From assembly GCA_963422645.2 (NCBI GenBank), contig CAXXVO010000012.1:32001-96000 (forward strand): 64,000 nucleotides of DNA, given 5' to 3'. Origin of the DNA: Alphaproteobacteria bacterium. GTDB lineage: Bacteria; Pseudomonadota; Alphaproteobacteria; UBA828. Below, piece after piece: positions 1-10,776 of this stretch; the stretch's first letter is position 1, and every line of letters begins with the position of its first letter. Under the pieces are notes generated by a model that was given only the letters and a program-made list of their open reading frames with translations, did no database searches and was not told where the DNA came from. The translations under genes and the position numbers were made by a program.

Positions 1-58
1 AGCGCGTACTCCGTAGCCTCTCGGGAAACATCGGTGGCGGCGAAGCCGAGGCCGATCC

Positions 59-1123
59 TCACTCGCGCCGCTGCTCGCCGGCACGCCCGGCAGCCGGTCG
101 GCCTGCGCCTCCCCGCAACGCGAGCAGCTGCCGGCGCCCCCAATCCCACACCTGCTCCAGCCCGCCAGCGGCGCCCTGCGGCAGGAGCACGACGATGGCG
201 ACGATCAGCGCGCCGTAGCCCATGTTCCTGATCTCGACGAAGTCCTTCATGCCCTCGTCCGCGAGCATCACCAGGGCGGCGCCGAGGATCGGCCCCCAGG
301 CCCGCCCGAGGCCGCCCACCACCATCATCGAGATCAGGAAGAGAAGCAGCGGCAGCGACAGAACGTTGGCACCCATGACCCGGAAGTGCCCGGCGAAGAC
401 ACCGCCCGCGAGCCCGGTGAAGAAGGCCGACATCGCGAACACGAGGAGCTGATACTTGAAGCGGTTGAGCCCGCGGGAGACGCCGTATTCCGGGTTGTCG
501 CGCAGCGCCCGGAAGGCGAATCCCAGCGGGCTGCGAATGATGGCGAAGGAGAACACCGTCGCCAGCACGAGCAGGAAGAGGGAGAGATAGTAGTCGCCCT
601 TCAGGTACTCGCGGCGGCCGAGCAGCTCGCGGAAGCCGAAGTCGCCGAACTTGGCCAGGCCGCGCGTGCCGCCAGTGAAATTCCGGCAGGTCACGCCCTC
701 CATGTAGAAGCAGGCGGTATCGGTGATGATGAGCAGGTACATCACCTGGGCAATGGCGAGCGTCAGCAGCGCGACATAGGGCCCGCGCAGCCTGAGGCAG
801 GCTAGTCCGATGATGATGCTGAACAGGATCGACCCGATCCCGGCAAGCACCAGCGTGAACCAGAGCGAGATGCCAAGGTAGAGCCCCATCATGCCGGTGG
901 CGAAGCCGCCGAAGGCGAAGATCGCCATCTGAGCGAGCGAGAAGATGCCGGCAACGCCGAACACCAGGTTCCACTGCGAGACCACCGTTGCCCAGATGAA
1001 GAAGAGCGTGAGCTGGCCGATGAAGTAACGCGACGGCCCGAGCAACGGGATCGCGATCATTACCGCGATCAGCACCACGCCGAGGGCGACATCCCGCCGC
1101 CAATTGGGGGCCGTCTCGAACAT
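59..1123 (-). CDS. livM: Branched-chain amino acid ABC transporter permease (LivM-like)
   Basis: C-terminal part of ORF 59..1918 from MFETAPNW; hydrophobic, with LRLRGPYVALLTLA and MMVVGGLG motifs; start overlaps livH stop. Confidence 0.85.
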   Translation of the reverse strand: MFETAPNWRRDVALGVVLIAVMIAIPLLGPSRYFIGQLTLFFIWATVVSQWNLVFGVAGIFSLAQMAIFAFGGFATGMMGLYLGISLWFTLVLAGIGSILFSIIIGLACLRLRGPYVALLTLAIAQVMYLLIITDTACFYMEGVTCRNFTGGTRGLAKFGDFGFRELLGRREYLKGDYYLSLFLLVLATVFSFAIIRSPLGFAFRALRDNPEYGVSRGLNRFKYQLLVFAMSAFFTGLAGGVFAGHFRVMGANVLSLPLLLFLISMMVVGGLGRAWGPILGAALVMLADEGMKDFVEIRNMGYGALIVAIVVLLPQGAAGGLEQVWDWGRRQLLALRGGAGRPAAGRAGEQRRE

Positions 1124-2001
1124 CAGACGCGGCGCACCTGGCGGCGCCCGAACACGCCGTAGGGGCGCCAGATGAGCGCGATAATGACCAGCAGCAGCAG
1201 CGCCGGGAAGCCGAAGCGAACGCCGACGGCGAACTGCACCGCGGACTCGAACAGGCCGAGGACGAAGGCGGCGATGAGCGCGCCAGGCACGTTGCCGAGC
1301 CCCGCGATCACGCAGATGATGAAGGCCTTGAGCATGGGGTCGTAGCCCATGGTCGGCGAGAGCGTGGTGATCGAGCTCAGCATCACGCCCGAAATCGCGG
1401 CAACGACGCCGGCGATCCCCATCACCTGGGCGAAGATCCGCCCGACATTGACCCCCATGAGCTGGGCCGCCTCGCGGTTCAGCGCCGTCGCGCGGATGGC
1501 GCGGCCCATGCGGGTGCGCGAGAGCAGCGTCGCCACCAGCAGCATGGTGACCACCGCGAGGACCAGGATCACAACGTTCTGGAAGCGGATGAAGACGCCG
1601 GAGACGAAGAAGCCCTCCTCGATGGAGAAGGGTTGGAGGAAGGGATAGGCACCGTAGATCAGCAGCGTCACCTGCTCGAGAAAAATGGCGAGGCCGACGG
1701 TCGCGATGATGACGTTGGTCTCGAACGCGGGGTGCCGGTACATGAAGCGGAAGATGATGTGGTAGATCGCGAGCCCCACCACGAAGCTCACGATCATCGC
1801 CGCCGGCAGGCCGAGATACCAGGGCAGTCCCACGTGGAGCACTGCCGAATAGGACGCGTAGCCGCCGATGGTGAGCAGTGCGCCGTGCGCCATGTTGAGC
1901 ACGCCCATCGCCCCCCACACCAGCGAGAGCCCGATGGAGCTCGCGGCGTACATGGCGCCGAGCGTGAGCCCGCTGACGAGAATTTGGACGAAGGTTTCCA
2001 C
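1123..2001 (-). CDS. livH: Branched-chain amino acid ABC transporter permease (LivH-like)
   Basis: GLTLGAMYA..SIGLSLVWG..VLNMAHG and TRMGRAIRA motifs. Confidence 0.88.
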   Translation of the reverse strand: METFVQILVSGLTLGAMYAASSIGLSLVWGAMGVLNMAHGALLTIGGYASYSAVLHVGLPWYLGLPAAMIVSFVVGLAIYHIIFRFMYRHPAFETNVIIATVGLAIFLEQVTLLIYGAYPFLQPFSIEEGFFVSGVFIRFQNVVILVLAVVTMLLVATLLSRTRMGRAIRATALNREAAQLMGVNVGRIFAQVMGIAGVVAAISGVMLSSITTLSPTMGYDPMLKAFIICVIAGLGNVPGALIAAFVLGLFESAVQFAVGVRFGFPALLLLVIIALIWRPYGVFGRRQVRRV

Positions 2002-2010
2002 CGCGCCGCC

Positions 2011-2727
2011 TCAGGCCCCGAGATAGGTCTCGAGGATTTCCTCATGGAGATCGAGCTCGCTGGCGGTGCCCTGCCAGACGAACTGACCGTGGTCGAGCAG
2101 ATAGATGCGATCCGCGAGGTCGGCGACGCGGCTCGCGTTCTCCTCCACGAGCAGGATCGTCCGTCCGGCCTCTTTCAAGGCCCGGATTAGGCCGTAGATG
2201 GTGTCGATCGCGATGGGGGCCAGGCCCAGCGAGGGCTCGTCGATCAATAGGATGCGCCCGCCCGTCATCATCCCGCGCCCGACCGCCAGCATCCGCCGCT
2301 CGCCGCCGGAGAGCGTGGACGCAGTCTGGCCCTCCCGCTCCTCGAGCCTGGGCAGCAGCGCGTAGACCTCCTTGAGGTTTGCGTCGGCCTGGCGGTAGGG
2401 CGCCGGCAGGTAGGCGCCCATGAGGAGATTGTCGCGCACCGTCATCTCCGAGAAGATCATGTCGCCCTGCGGGATGTGCACGATGCCGTGCGCCACGATC
2501 TGGTCTACTCGCGCGCGACCGAGCGCCTTGCCGTCGAAACGAATCTCGCCCGCCATCGGGTGAATCAGGCCGGAGACGGCGCGCAGCAGCGTCGTCTTGC
2601 CGTGGCCGTTGGGGCCGATGATGGTGATGAGGCCGCCGTCCGGCACCCCGAACGAGATGTCTCGCAGCACGCGCTGGCCGTGATAGCCGGCGTCGAGCGA
2701 GTCGACCTCGAGCAGCGGCGTGCTCAT
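2011..2727 (-). CDS. livF: ABC transporter ATP-binding protein (LivF-like)
   Basis: Walker A GPNGHGKTT, LSGGE, LLIDEPSLGLAP. Confidence 0.88.
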   Translation of the reverse strand: MSTPLLEVDSLDAGYHGQRVLRDISFGVPDGGLITIIGPNGHGKTTLLRAVSGLIHPMAGEIRFDGKALGRARVDQIVAHGIVHIPQGDMIFSEMTVRDNLLMGAYLPAPYRQADANLKEVYALLPRLEEREGQTASTLSGGERRMLAVGRGMMTGGRILLIDEPSLGLAPIAIDTIYGLIRALKEAGRTILLVEENASRVADLADRIYLLDHGQFVWQGTASELDLHEEILETYLGA

Positions 2728-2746
2728 GCTCCCCTCACGGGCTTGC

Positions 2747-3571
2747 TCATGGAGCACTTGGAGCACCCTCGTCGGGCGACGGATCGTCTTCGAGCAGGTG
2801 CCTGAGCCGCCGCGACGAGCCCTCCCCCAGATAAACGTCGACCACGGTCCTGTCGTAGACGAGGCCGGAGGCCGATCCTTCGAAGATCTTCTCGCCGTGG
2901 TGCATGATGAGCACCCGGTCCGAGAGCCTGACCAGAAAGCGCATGACGTGCTCGATGAGCATGATGGTGAGGCCGCGCTCCTTGAGCCGCCGAACCAGGG
3001 CCATCACGTCGTCGATTTCTTGCGGATTGAGGCCGCCGACCGGCTCGTCCATCAGCAGCATCTTGGGCTGGGTCGCGAGCGCGCCCGCCACCATCAGCAG
3101 CTTGCGGTGATAGACGGGGAGCGTCCGCACGGTCTCGTGGGCGACCGCATCGAGGCCGACGAACTCCATCGCTTCATCGGCAAGGCGCTGGGTCTCCCGG
3201 TCGAACTTCATGCCGGGAACCAGCCGATTATGACGCCCGAAATAGGCCGCGATCAGCGTGTTCTCGCGCGCCGAGAGCGTGTCGAAGCCGGCGTTCAGTT
3301 GAAAGGTGCGCGCCATGCCGAGCCGGCAGGTGCGGTCCGGCGTCGCGCGCGTGATCGACTGGCCGTCGAAGGTGATGCTGCCGGCGGTCGCCGGGTTGAG
3401 GCCCGAGATGACGTCGAAGAGGGTCGTCTTGCCGGCGCCGTTCGGCCCGCCGATCCCGAGCGCCTCGCCCGGGAAGACGTCGAAGGTCATGTCGCGAACG
3501 GCGGCCAGGGCGCCGAAATACTTGTCGACGCCCTGGCAGGAGAGCAGCGGCTCAGGCGCCGTCCGCTCCAT
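2747..3571 (-). CDS. livG: ABC transporter ATP-binding protein (LivG-like)
   Basis: GPNGAGKTT, MDEP, IEHVM, VYLG C-terminal motif. Confidence 0.88.
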   Translation of the reverse strand: MERTAPEPLLSCQGVDKYFGALAAVRDMTFDVFPGEALGIGGPNGAGKTTLFDVISGLNPATAGSITFDGQSITRATPDRTCRLGMARTFQLNAGFDTLSARENTLIAAYFGRHNRLVPGMKFDRETQRLADEAMEFVGLDAVAHETVRTLPVYHRKLLMVAGALATQPKMLLMDEPVGGLNPQEIDDVMALVRRLKERGLTIMLIEHVMRFLVRLSDRVLIMHHGEKIFEGSASGLVYDRTVVDVYLGEGSSRRLRHLLEDDPSPDEGAPSAP

Positions 3572-3579
3572 GGCAGGTC

Positions 3580-4944
3580 TTAGCCGCTAATCCACGGCGG
3601 GATTTGGAACGAGGCCGTCTCGTAGGGCTCCGGCGCGATCAGCTTGCCCTGCTCCAGGTGGTTCTGGACCTGGAGGAACTGGTGAGGCATGCCGAGCGAG
3701 GGATCGCGGGTCTCGGTCGGATAGGTCCGAGCCGCCTGGTAGGGCAGCACGAACGCCGTCGCCCCCTGCACGCCGCGATAGATGTTGCGGCGAATGCGAT
3801 CGCACACCTTCTCGTTCTGCTCGAACTCGCCGGGTGCCCCGGTGCCGCCGGCCATGGCCGACGCGATCGCCCAGTAGTGGCACGAGTCGTAGGGCTGGGA
3901 GCCGGTGAGCGGGCTCGCGCTCTCACCGAACTTCGAGTTGAAGCGCTGGAAGTAGTCTTGGCCAATCTCGTCTTGCAGCGCGCCGACCACGGTGGCGAAG
4001 AGCACCCCGTTGGTAGCCTCCTTGCCGATCTCGCGGAAGGCCGAGAGCAGCGGACCGTACTGCATGTAGACCAGGCTGTTGGTCGGGTTGGGCACGAACT
4101 GCGTCATGAACTGCGCGAGATCCTGCGGCACCCAGTGGGTGATCGCGATGGCCGCCGGCGGGTCGTTACGGATCTTCTGCAGCGTCGGCCCCCATTCGGA
4201 GATCGGCACCACCACGGTCTCGTAGAGGCTGATCTCCCAGCCGTACTTCTCCGCCGAATCGCGCATCGCGTTGGCGATGACGACGCTGTAGTTCTGCGAG
4301 CCGGTGACGATGGCGACCTTCTTGTTGGGCGCTTCCCACTTGCCGGTGTCGTTGAGGTCACTGATGAACTTCATGAAGCCCTCCCCGTACCAGTACTCGG
4401 CGGGGTCGGCCATGAAGTTGCTGAAGTAGGTCTCGGGATCGTTGCCCACCGTCTCGTGATGCACGATGTCGGTGTTGTGGTGGAGATAGGGCACACCAGC
4501 ATCGGCGATCGTGTCGTATTCCGCCGTTACGGCGCCAGTGTTGTAGCCGTTGATGATGGCGTGGACCTCGTGACGGTCGATCAGGCGCAGCATCGCCGGG
4601 ATGATGTTGTCGGCGCCCTGTTCCTTGCTGTCCTCGAAGACCGGCGCCAGCGGCCGGCCGAGGATGCCGCCCATCATGTTGATCTCTTCGCAGGCGAGCT
4701 CGAGTCCGCTCTTGAACGAGAGACCGTCGGCGGCGGCCCAGCCGGTGAGCGGCACGCAGCCGCCGACCGGGATGGGCTCGCCCTCGGCGCGGGCGCCGTC
4801 GTTGATGTCGGCAAGCAGGCCGCTGGTCATGGCGGCGGCGCCGAAACCGGCAAGCCCCGCGCCTTTCATGAAGTTCCGTCGGCTCGCGATGAAGCGCTTC
4901 CGCGCGCCTTCCTCTCTACGTGTTCCGCGGCGTCGAATGATCAT
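3580..4944 (-). CDS. ABC transporter substrate-binding protein (Liv/amide family) with Tat signal
   Basis: SRRNFMK twin-arginine motif; EINMMGGILGRPL; good RBS (AGGGAGG); first gene of the operon. Confidence 0.85.
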   Translation of the reverse strand: MIIRRRGTRREEGARKRFIASRRNFMKGAGLAGFGAAAMTSGLLADINDGARAEGEPIPVGGCVPLTGWAAADGLSFKSGLELACEEINMMGGILGRPLAPVFEDSKEQGADNIIPAMLRLIDRHEVHAIINGYNTGAVTAEYDTIADAGVPYLHHNTDIVHHETVGNDPETYFSNFMADPAEYWYGEGFMKFISDLNDTGKWEAPNKKVAIVTGSQNYSVVIANAMRDSAEKYGWEISLYETVVVPISEWGPTLQKIRNDPPAAIAITHWVPQDLAQFMTQFVPNPTNSLVYMQYGPLLSAFREIGKEATNGVLFATVVGALQDEIGQDYFQRFNSKFGESASPLTGSQPYDSCHYWAIASAMAGGTGAPGEFEQNEKVCDRIRRNIYRGVQGATAFVLPYQAARTYPTETRDPSLGMPHQFLQVQNHLEQGKLIAPEPYETASFQIPPWISG

Positions 4945-5236
4945 GGTCGTCTTCCTCCCTCTATGCGCCGGACATTTGCCCGTGTGCGCAATGGCCTTCC
5001 CGACAAGCGAGAACCTTTCGCCGTCGCACGCTGTCAGCGGAAGTCTGCCCCGCTATGCAGCAGTTCGCAATTGGGGAACACGAATCGTCATAACGGTCGG
5101 AGCGCCGTTGCAAGGGGCGAGGGCAGCGCCCACCTCAAGCGGACCATGCTGCGCGGAGGACACGGGGTCCCCGGCGCAGCCAGCAACAGGCGGAATGGCG
5201 GGATGCGCCGCCCCGCCTATGAAGGAGAGCAAGCAC

Positions 5237-5779
5237 ATGAAATATCTCTTTGGGTTGACGGCATTCGCTGCCGTCGTTGGCCTGACGACCGGCGTGAGCC
5301 TTGCGTCATCGCATGTGACCTACGAGGTAACGGTCACCAACAACATGGACGAAGAGCTTCTCGCGCCGGTGTTGGTGGCGCCGGTTTCCGAAGACGGCAA
5401 GATCTTCGTCGAGCGCTACGTTTCGCCGGAAGCGGAGCACCAGATCCTGACCGGAGACCCCGGAATGCTGGCGGAGGCGATCGGCGACGATGCCGCCGTC
5501 GGCCACGGCATGGACGGCCCCCCCGGCGTTCTGCTTGCGCCGGGCAAGTCGATCACCTTCGAGGTGGCGAGCCACGCGGGTGAAGTTCGTGTCCTGGCGA
5601 TGGTGGCTCCCACCATGTACGAGGACCACTACGTGACGGCGGTCGTCTCGTTGAACGGCGAGCCCATGTCCATCGGGCTCGACCGCTTCGACATCGGCTA
5701 CGATGAGGGCCGCAAGACGATCGAGCCCGTCGCCATCGCCGTCGCGACCGTCGAGGTCAGCGAGAAACAGAGCTACTGA
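5237..5779 (+). CDS. Secreted spondin-like domain protein
   Basis: Signal peptide MKYLFGLTAFAAVVG; YEVTVTN, LLAPG, AMVAPT motifs resemble bacterial Spondin_N proteins; RBS GAAGGAG. Confidence 0.55.
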   Translation: MKYLFGLTAFAAVVGLTTGVSLASSHVTYEVTVTNNMDEELLAPVLVAPVSEDGKIFVERYVSPEAEHQILTGDPGMLAEAIGDDAAVGHGMDGPPGVLLAPGKSITFEVASHAGEVRVLAMVAPTMYEDHYVTAVVSLNGEPMSIGLDRFDIGYDEGRKTIEPVAIAVATVEVSEKQSY

Positions 5780-5885
5780 ACGCTCGTTGGGCGCCGGCCG
5801 GTCGGGAAACCGATCGGCCGGCGTCGCATATTCGAGGCGTCATTGTTAAGTTCGGGTCGTACCGTCGGGACGGCAGGAGCGAGGC

Positions 5886-6195
5886 ATGACCCGAGAACAC
5901 ACCTACAGCGCATCGGTGACCTGGACAGGAAACAGCGGCCAGGGCACGGCCGGCTACAAGGCCTACACGCGCGACCACGACATCGCCTGCCCCGGCAAGC
6001 CGGTGATCCGGGGCTCGGCGGACCCCGCCTACCGGGGCGACGCGGGCCGACACAATCCCGAGGACATGCTGGTGGCCGCGCTCTCCGCCTGTCACATGCT
6101 CTGGTACCTGCACCTCTGCTCGGCTGCGGGCGTCGTGGTCGCGGCCTACGAGGACGCGGCCGAGGGCGTGATGCAGACGCATCCCCCCGGCGCCC
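5886..6195 (+). pseudogene. OsmC/Ohr-family protein, 3'-truncated by IS insertion
   Basis: WTGN.G.GT..Y..Y.R, GSADPAYRGD, NPEDMLVAALSACHMLWYL; similarity ends at about codon 103, where AT-richer sequence starting CAATGGCATTC begins. Confidence 0.8.
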
Positions 6196-7085
6196 CAATG
6201 GCATTCATTTGGCGCGAAGATTGTTCCGGGGTTTTTTTGGTGGTGTCGTAACGAGTTGATTTCTTGTGTGGATTGTCGGTCTCGGCGTTTCCCGCACGAG
6301 GGGGATTGACCGGCGGCGTGTGCTTTGGCACACTGTGGCTGTCCCCCTGTCAGTGGAGCCGGCCCATGGACCCCCGCATCACCGCGCTGAAGTCGACGAC
6401 CTTTTTCGGCAGACGTCTGACCCGCCGGCAGATTGCCGACATCCAGGAGACGGTGGCGCTGTTTCCGGCGATCAGCCGCAACGAGCTCGGGCACACGATC
6501 TGCGAGCATTTGAACTGGCGCGCGCCGAGCGGGCGGAACCGTGTCGCGGTCTGCCTGCGGATGCTGGAGGAGTTGGAGCGGCTGGGCATCCTGACCCTGC
6601 CGGCGCGGGACGAGGCGCAGGTGCGGGGGCCGCAGGAGGCGATGGCCCGGAGCGAGCGGACGGCGCCGGCCGCGGCGATCGCGGAGGACCTGGCCGCGCT
6701 GATGCCGCTGCGCCTGTCGATTGCGGCGGGCAAGGAGGAGGGCGGGCTGTGGAACGAGTTCGTCGCGCGCCACCACTATCTCGGGCTGCATCGTCTGGGG
6801 TCGGCGCGCATCTGCGCTATTTTCTCCTGGACCGCCACGGGCGGCCTCTGGGCTGCCTTCTGTTTGCCCGGGCGTCGCGCACGCTGCCCTGCCGCGACGA
6901 GTGGATCGGGTGGCCGGCGGAAGGCTTCCGCAAGCACCTCGATCTGGTCGTGGGTCACACGCGTTTCCTGATCTTTCCCTGGGTCCGGGTCGACAACCTG
7001 GCGTCGAAAGCGCTGTCGATGGCGCTGCGCCAGCTGCCCGGCGACTGGGAGGCGCGCTTCGGAGCGCGCCCGGTTCTGGTGGAGA
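6196..7085 (+). mobile_element. Remnant of DUF4338-type IS element (left end plus truncated gene)
   Basis: Starts CAATGGCATTC (IS4-like terminus, inferred), followed by the DUF4338 gene; right part missing. Confidence 0.55.
6366..7085 (+). pseudogene. DUF4338 (DruA-like) domain protein, frameshifted and truncated
   Basis: ISRNELGHTICEHLNW..HHYLG in one frame, AHLRYF..RDEWIGW..RFLIFPWVRVDNLASKAL..PVLVE in another (shift near 6790); ends before the expected TFVD motif. Confidence 0.75.
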
Positions 7086-7274
7086 TGAAGGCTTCATAAT
7101 GCTTCTCCGTTGTGCAGGTGGGCGGGCGTTTCTACCGCATTGATAGAAAAGGCGGTTTGGATTCCGTTGTTGCCGCCGCGGCGACCTTTACATCGTGCCG
7201 GACGTGATTTTCCAGTATCGCACGTTGGAGGTGCGGATCTGCATCGGGCGTTTTGCCTGACGGTCCGGGCATGG

Positions 7275-9455
7275 TCACCCCCCATCACCGTTGAGCCCGC
7301 GCAGCAGCGGCAGTTCGTCCTCGACCGGCAAACGCACATACAGTCCGCGCGTCTTGCCGCGGGTCACATGGCAGCTGTCCAGCCTGCCCGCCTTGATCCG
7401 TTCCCAGACCGTCTGCCGCGTGACACCCAGACGATCCATTGCCACAGCGAGGGGAACAAACCCCTCCGGAGGCGCCTCACGAAAGCGCTCGCGCAAGGTC
7501 GGGGTCATCCGGATCCGAAGAGGAGCACCTTCGATATCGGGCTGGGCAACCGGAACCAGCCCCTCGCGGATCCAGCGATAGATGGTGTCATCCGAGACTC
7601 CGATCTCCTTCGCCACATCGGCAACGCCCATGAGCACCGGCTCGTCCCCGTCGGGCTGGTAGGGCGCAATGCCATGGCGGCGACGCAGGCTGCCAACAAG
7701 CTCGGCCGTGAAATCCAGACCCCGTGCTGTGCGCCGTCCCTGGCGGGTGAGAACCTTCGCGGTCTCCCGGTCGTTGTAAAAGCATGACAGCTTGCGCACG
7801 AGCTCGACCGTGCTGCGCTCATCGCGCCGGGGTGTCGGAGAGCCCGCGAGCATCGGCAAAGTGATCTCGTCGATCTGCCCGCCACGCCAGCGCAATGTTG
7901 CCATGATCTCACGCTCCTGTCGCGCAAGCTCGATCGTCACCTCGTCGAGGAGGCAGGCGAGCAGGCGCTTGCGCTCGCGCATGGTCGTCGACGACGCCCC
8001 CCAGACCTGCGACAGGCGCGCGCCGAGACCCTCGAAAACCGCCGGGGCAGGGGCCGCGGGCTGACGCGCCCGTGCCGCCTCAAGCGCTTCCTGTGCAGCC
8101 TTCTCGGCGCGAAGCGCCTTCTCCCACTCGCGCTCCAGCGTTGCCGCAATCAGACGGTTGTCGGGATCGACCTGCTTTTAGCGCCGCTCGGCAAGCCGCG
8201 CCTCGTACCGGCAGTGCTCAAGATCCAGCTCCCAACGGCGCAACGCGCGCAGGCCGCGTTCAGCAACATCACAAGCCGCCTGCCGGGCCGCCTCCACCCC
8301 CGCCGGCGTGACCGCATCGAGAAACAGACGGGCAACTTCCGCATCAACGCGCTTGCCGCCTGTCGACCAACAACCGCCGCGCCGGCGCGCAGCATCGCGC
8401 TTGCGGCACTCATACCCCCAGCCCGTCTTGCTGTAGTAGACGGTCATCGGCAATCCGCAGCCGCCGCAGACCGCGAGACCCTGGAGCAGAGCCGACCCTT
8501 CCCGCGCCGCGCCGCGGGCTCCGTCCGGAGCCATGTGGTTGCGGGCCAGCTGCTCCTGTACTTCAAGCCATTCTGCCCAACTGACATATCCCTCATGCTT
8601 CTCCGGCTGAAGAATATCCCAGCGCTCCTGGACCGGCCGCAGCGGCGCACCGTGACCAACGCCGCGTTTGAAGCCGTAGGCATAGGCGCCGCCCATCGCC
8701 GGGTTGGTGAGGATGCGGTACACCCGTTCATAGCGCGCCGGGCCCCATTCCAATGCTGCCCCCGGGTGCCGGCGAGAGGGAACATCCTCGCCCGCCTCAC
8801 GCAGCAGCATCGTCGCCTGGCGGGCCGAACCGGCTTGCCGAAAACGCGCAAAGACCGTTGCAATCGCCGCCTGAACCCGGGCATCCGGATCCTTCCGCAA
8901 AGTCGAGCCATCCCGCACAAATCCGATCGGAACGCGCGAGTACAACTCGCCACGAAGCGCCTTGTTCCGCTTTCCGCCCTCCATCCGGGCGCGAATAAGA
9001 GACAGCTCAGCGGCGCTCACGGTTCCCTTGATCCCCAGGACAAGGGAGTCGTCGTCCCGGCTCGGGCAGTAGATGTGGCAGTCCTCAACCAGAACCGTGT
9101 CGTGCCTGCGACATAGATCGAGAAGCTGAAACCATTCCATCGTGTTCCTGGCGAGCCGCGAAACCTCAATCCCGAAGATGCCCCCGACATGGTCCCGGGC
9201 GATCAGGTCGCACATCTCCCGAAAGCCGCCACGCTCGCCGCGCGCCTTCTCGCTTGCGCTCTCGCCAAGATCGGCGTCGATCGTCCGTATCCGCTCGGCC
9301 GGCCAGCCAATCTCCCGGGCACGCTCGCCAAGCGCGTATTGGCGCAGCTGCGATTCCTGGTGCGCGTTCACTTGCAAGGGTGTCGACTGGCGAACGTAGA
9401 CAACTGCAAGACGCTCAAGATGACGCTGGGTGATCTTCGACGGATCGACCGTCAT
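7275..9455 (-). pseudogene. Large serine recombinase with C-terminal HTHs; single in-frame TAA at 8178-8180
   Basis: YVRQST catalytic motif, EVSRLARN, CGGC zinc ribbon; ORFs 8178..9476 and 7275..7982 share a frame joined by ERR*KQVDPDNRLIAATLEREWE. Confidence 0.85.
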
Positions 9456-9606
9456 CGGCCGCCTCCCGATCCGCAATCCGAACCATCAGATCGGCCAGAC
9501 CCTGCACGACGCGATCCCGGTCCGGAGCCGGAAACGCCAGCCACCGGTCCCGGCGCTCCTCCCACTCCATCAGCGCGATCAGCGCCAACTCCTGCTCCGC
9601 ATCCAT
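9415..9606 (-). CDS. Small hypothetical protein coupled to the serine recombinase
   Basis: MDAEQELALI..W..FPAPDRDRVVQGLADLM; overlaps the recombinase start, like the small partner ORFs of such elements. Confidence 0.45.
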   Translation of the reverse strand: MDAEQELALIALMEWEERRDRWLAFPAPDRDRVVQGLADLMVRIADREAADDGRSVEDHPASS

Positions 9607-9804
9607 CGCGCCTGAGTTCCCTCTCATCAAGGTCATTCAGAAGATTAAGGAGGGTGAGGAAATCAGACAACTCTCCGATCAGGCGTGGTGCATCCTCGGG
9701 ACGGCTGAGCGTGCGCCCAGCATTTGATGGTGCGGTTTTCGGATTATTTGATGTTCGTGATGCGGCGCTTGGTTGATCTGCGAGAGCGGTGAGTGGCCTG
9801 GCTT

Positions 9805-10674
9805 TCATCGAGACCGCAGGAGCATCTCGTTCCAGTCCTTGGCGTGTCGTGGGCGCAACCTTTTCACCCTTGGATCGTTGAGCACGAGATGCTCGGCGGC
9901 AGTGTCGCCGGCGCTGTCTGCGTCGTAGGCACAGACGATGCGACGTGGCTTCCACTCCTTGATCCAGGGCGGGACCGAGCTGGCGATGCCGGCGGTTGAG
10001 GCGACGACGGCGCCGTTCTCGCGCGTCCCCTCGACGCGCAGGCTTCGTGCAGAGATGGCGTCGACGGCGCTCTCGGTGAGGATGACGAGGGCGGGCTGGT
10101 TTCGGTCGCAGTGGAGCCAGAAGCCGCCACGCGCCTTGCGCGATCCCGGGGCCATGCCCCTGAAGCGTTTTGTTCCGGGCTGCGGCGCGGTGCCGAGGAT
10201 CTCGGCGCCGGTCGTGTGCCCGCTGGCGTTTCGGCAGATGAAGACGGCGTTGATCCTGTCATCGGCGTAGAGGAGGCCTCGGCCGTGGCAGGCTTCGAGC
10301 ACGTCGGTGCCGATAGCGCGTTGGCGGATGAGGGCGTCCCGGACCCTGGGCCAGGCGCGGGGACTGGGCCTTGGCAGCCGCAGGCGTCGCGGGGCGGCTG
10401 GGATGGTGGTGATCTCCCTCCGCCCCTCATGGCTTCCGAGGAAGCGGAGGGCTTCCGGGAAGCGGCATCCCGTCGCATGGATGACGAGGTCGATGGCGCC
10501 ACCCCCTCCCGTGCCGCGCAGGTGATCGAAGAACTTCTCGCCGTTGATGCTGATGACCGAGCCCCCGCGCTTGAAGCGCGCCCGGTCGGTCGGGTCTCTG
10601 CGGTAGCCGAGGGCGGCGGCGACCCGGTCGAGGGGGATGTTGCGGCAGGTGGCCAGGGGATCGCCGCCGCTCAT
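9805..10674 (-). CDS. DUF3991/Toprim domain primase-like protein
   Basis: GGGAIDLV, LYADDRINAVF, LTESAVDAIS, CAYDADSAGD, KDWNE Toprim motifs. Confidence 0.8.
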   Translation of the reverse strand: MSGGDPLATCRNIPLDRVAAALGYRRDPTDRARFKRGGSVISINGEKFFDHLRGTGGGGAIDLVIHATGCRFPEALRFLGSHEGRREITTIPAAPRRLRLPRPSPRAWPRVRDALIRQRAIGTDVLEACHGRGLLYADDRINAVFICRNASGHTTGAEILGTAPQPGTKRFRGMAPGSRKARGGFWLHCDRNQPALVILTESAVDAISARSLRVEGTRENGAVVASTAGIASSVPPWIKEWKPRRIVCAYDADSAGDTAAEHLVLNDPRVKRLRPRHAKDWNEMLLRSR

Positions 10675-10715
10675 TGCCGGGTCCCGGCGAAGGTCTGCTT
10701 GGAAGGGAGGCTGAC

Positions 10716-10776
10716 GGCGTTCCCGTTCCTGTACCCTTCAACGCTTAAGAGTTCCGGGAACGGGAACGGGAACGCC
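10716..10776. repeat. 14-bp inverted repeat with GGGAAC iteron-like units between helicase and primase genes
   Basis: GGCGTTCCCGTTCC (10716-10729) / GGAACGGGAACGCC (10763-10776); three GGGAAC tandem copies; AT-richer core. Confidence 0.6.

Noticed and set aside
6366-7099. Druantia defence system (DruA/DUF4338)
   Set aside because: No DruE helicase or other dru genes; context and terminus fit an IS-associated DUF4338, and the gene is broken.
8178-8180. Programmed readthrough or recoding of the recombinase stop
   Set aside because: The codon is TAA, TAA ends other genes normally here, and it is one base from a Tyr codon; a point mutation or sequencing error is simpler.
9790-9810. Alternative right end TGAGTGGCCTGGCTTTCATCG of the DDE transposon
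   Set aside because: Weaker match to the left terminus than 9706 and would exclude the shared subterminal motif; it may be an internal binding site.
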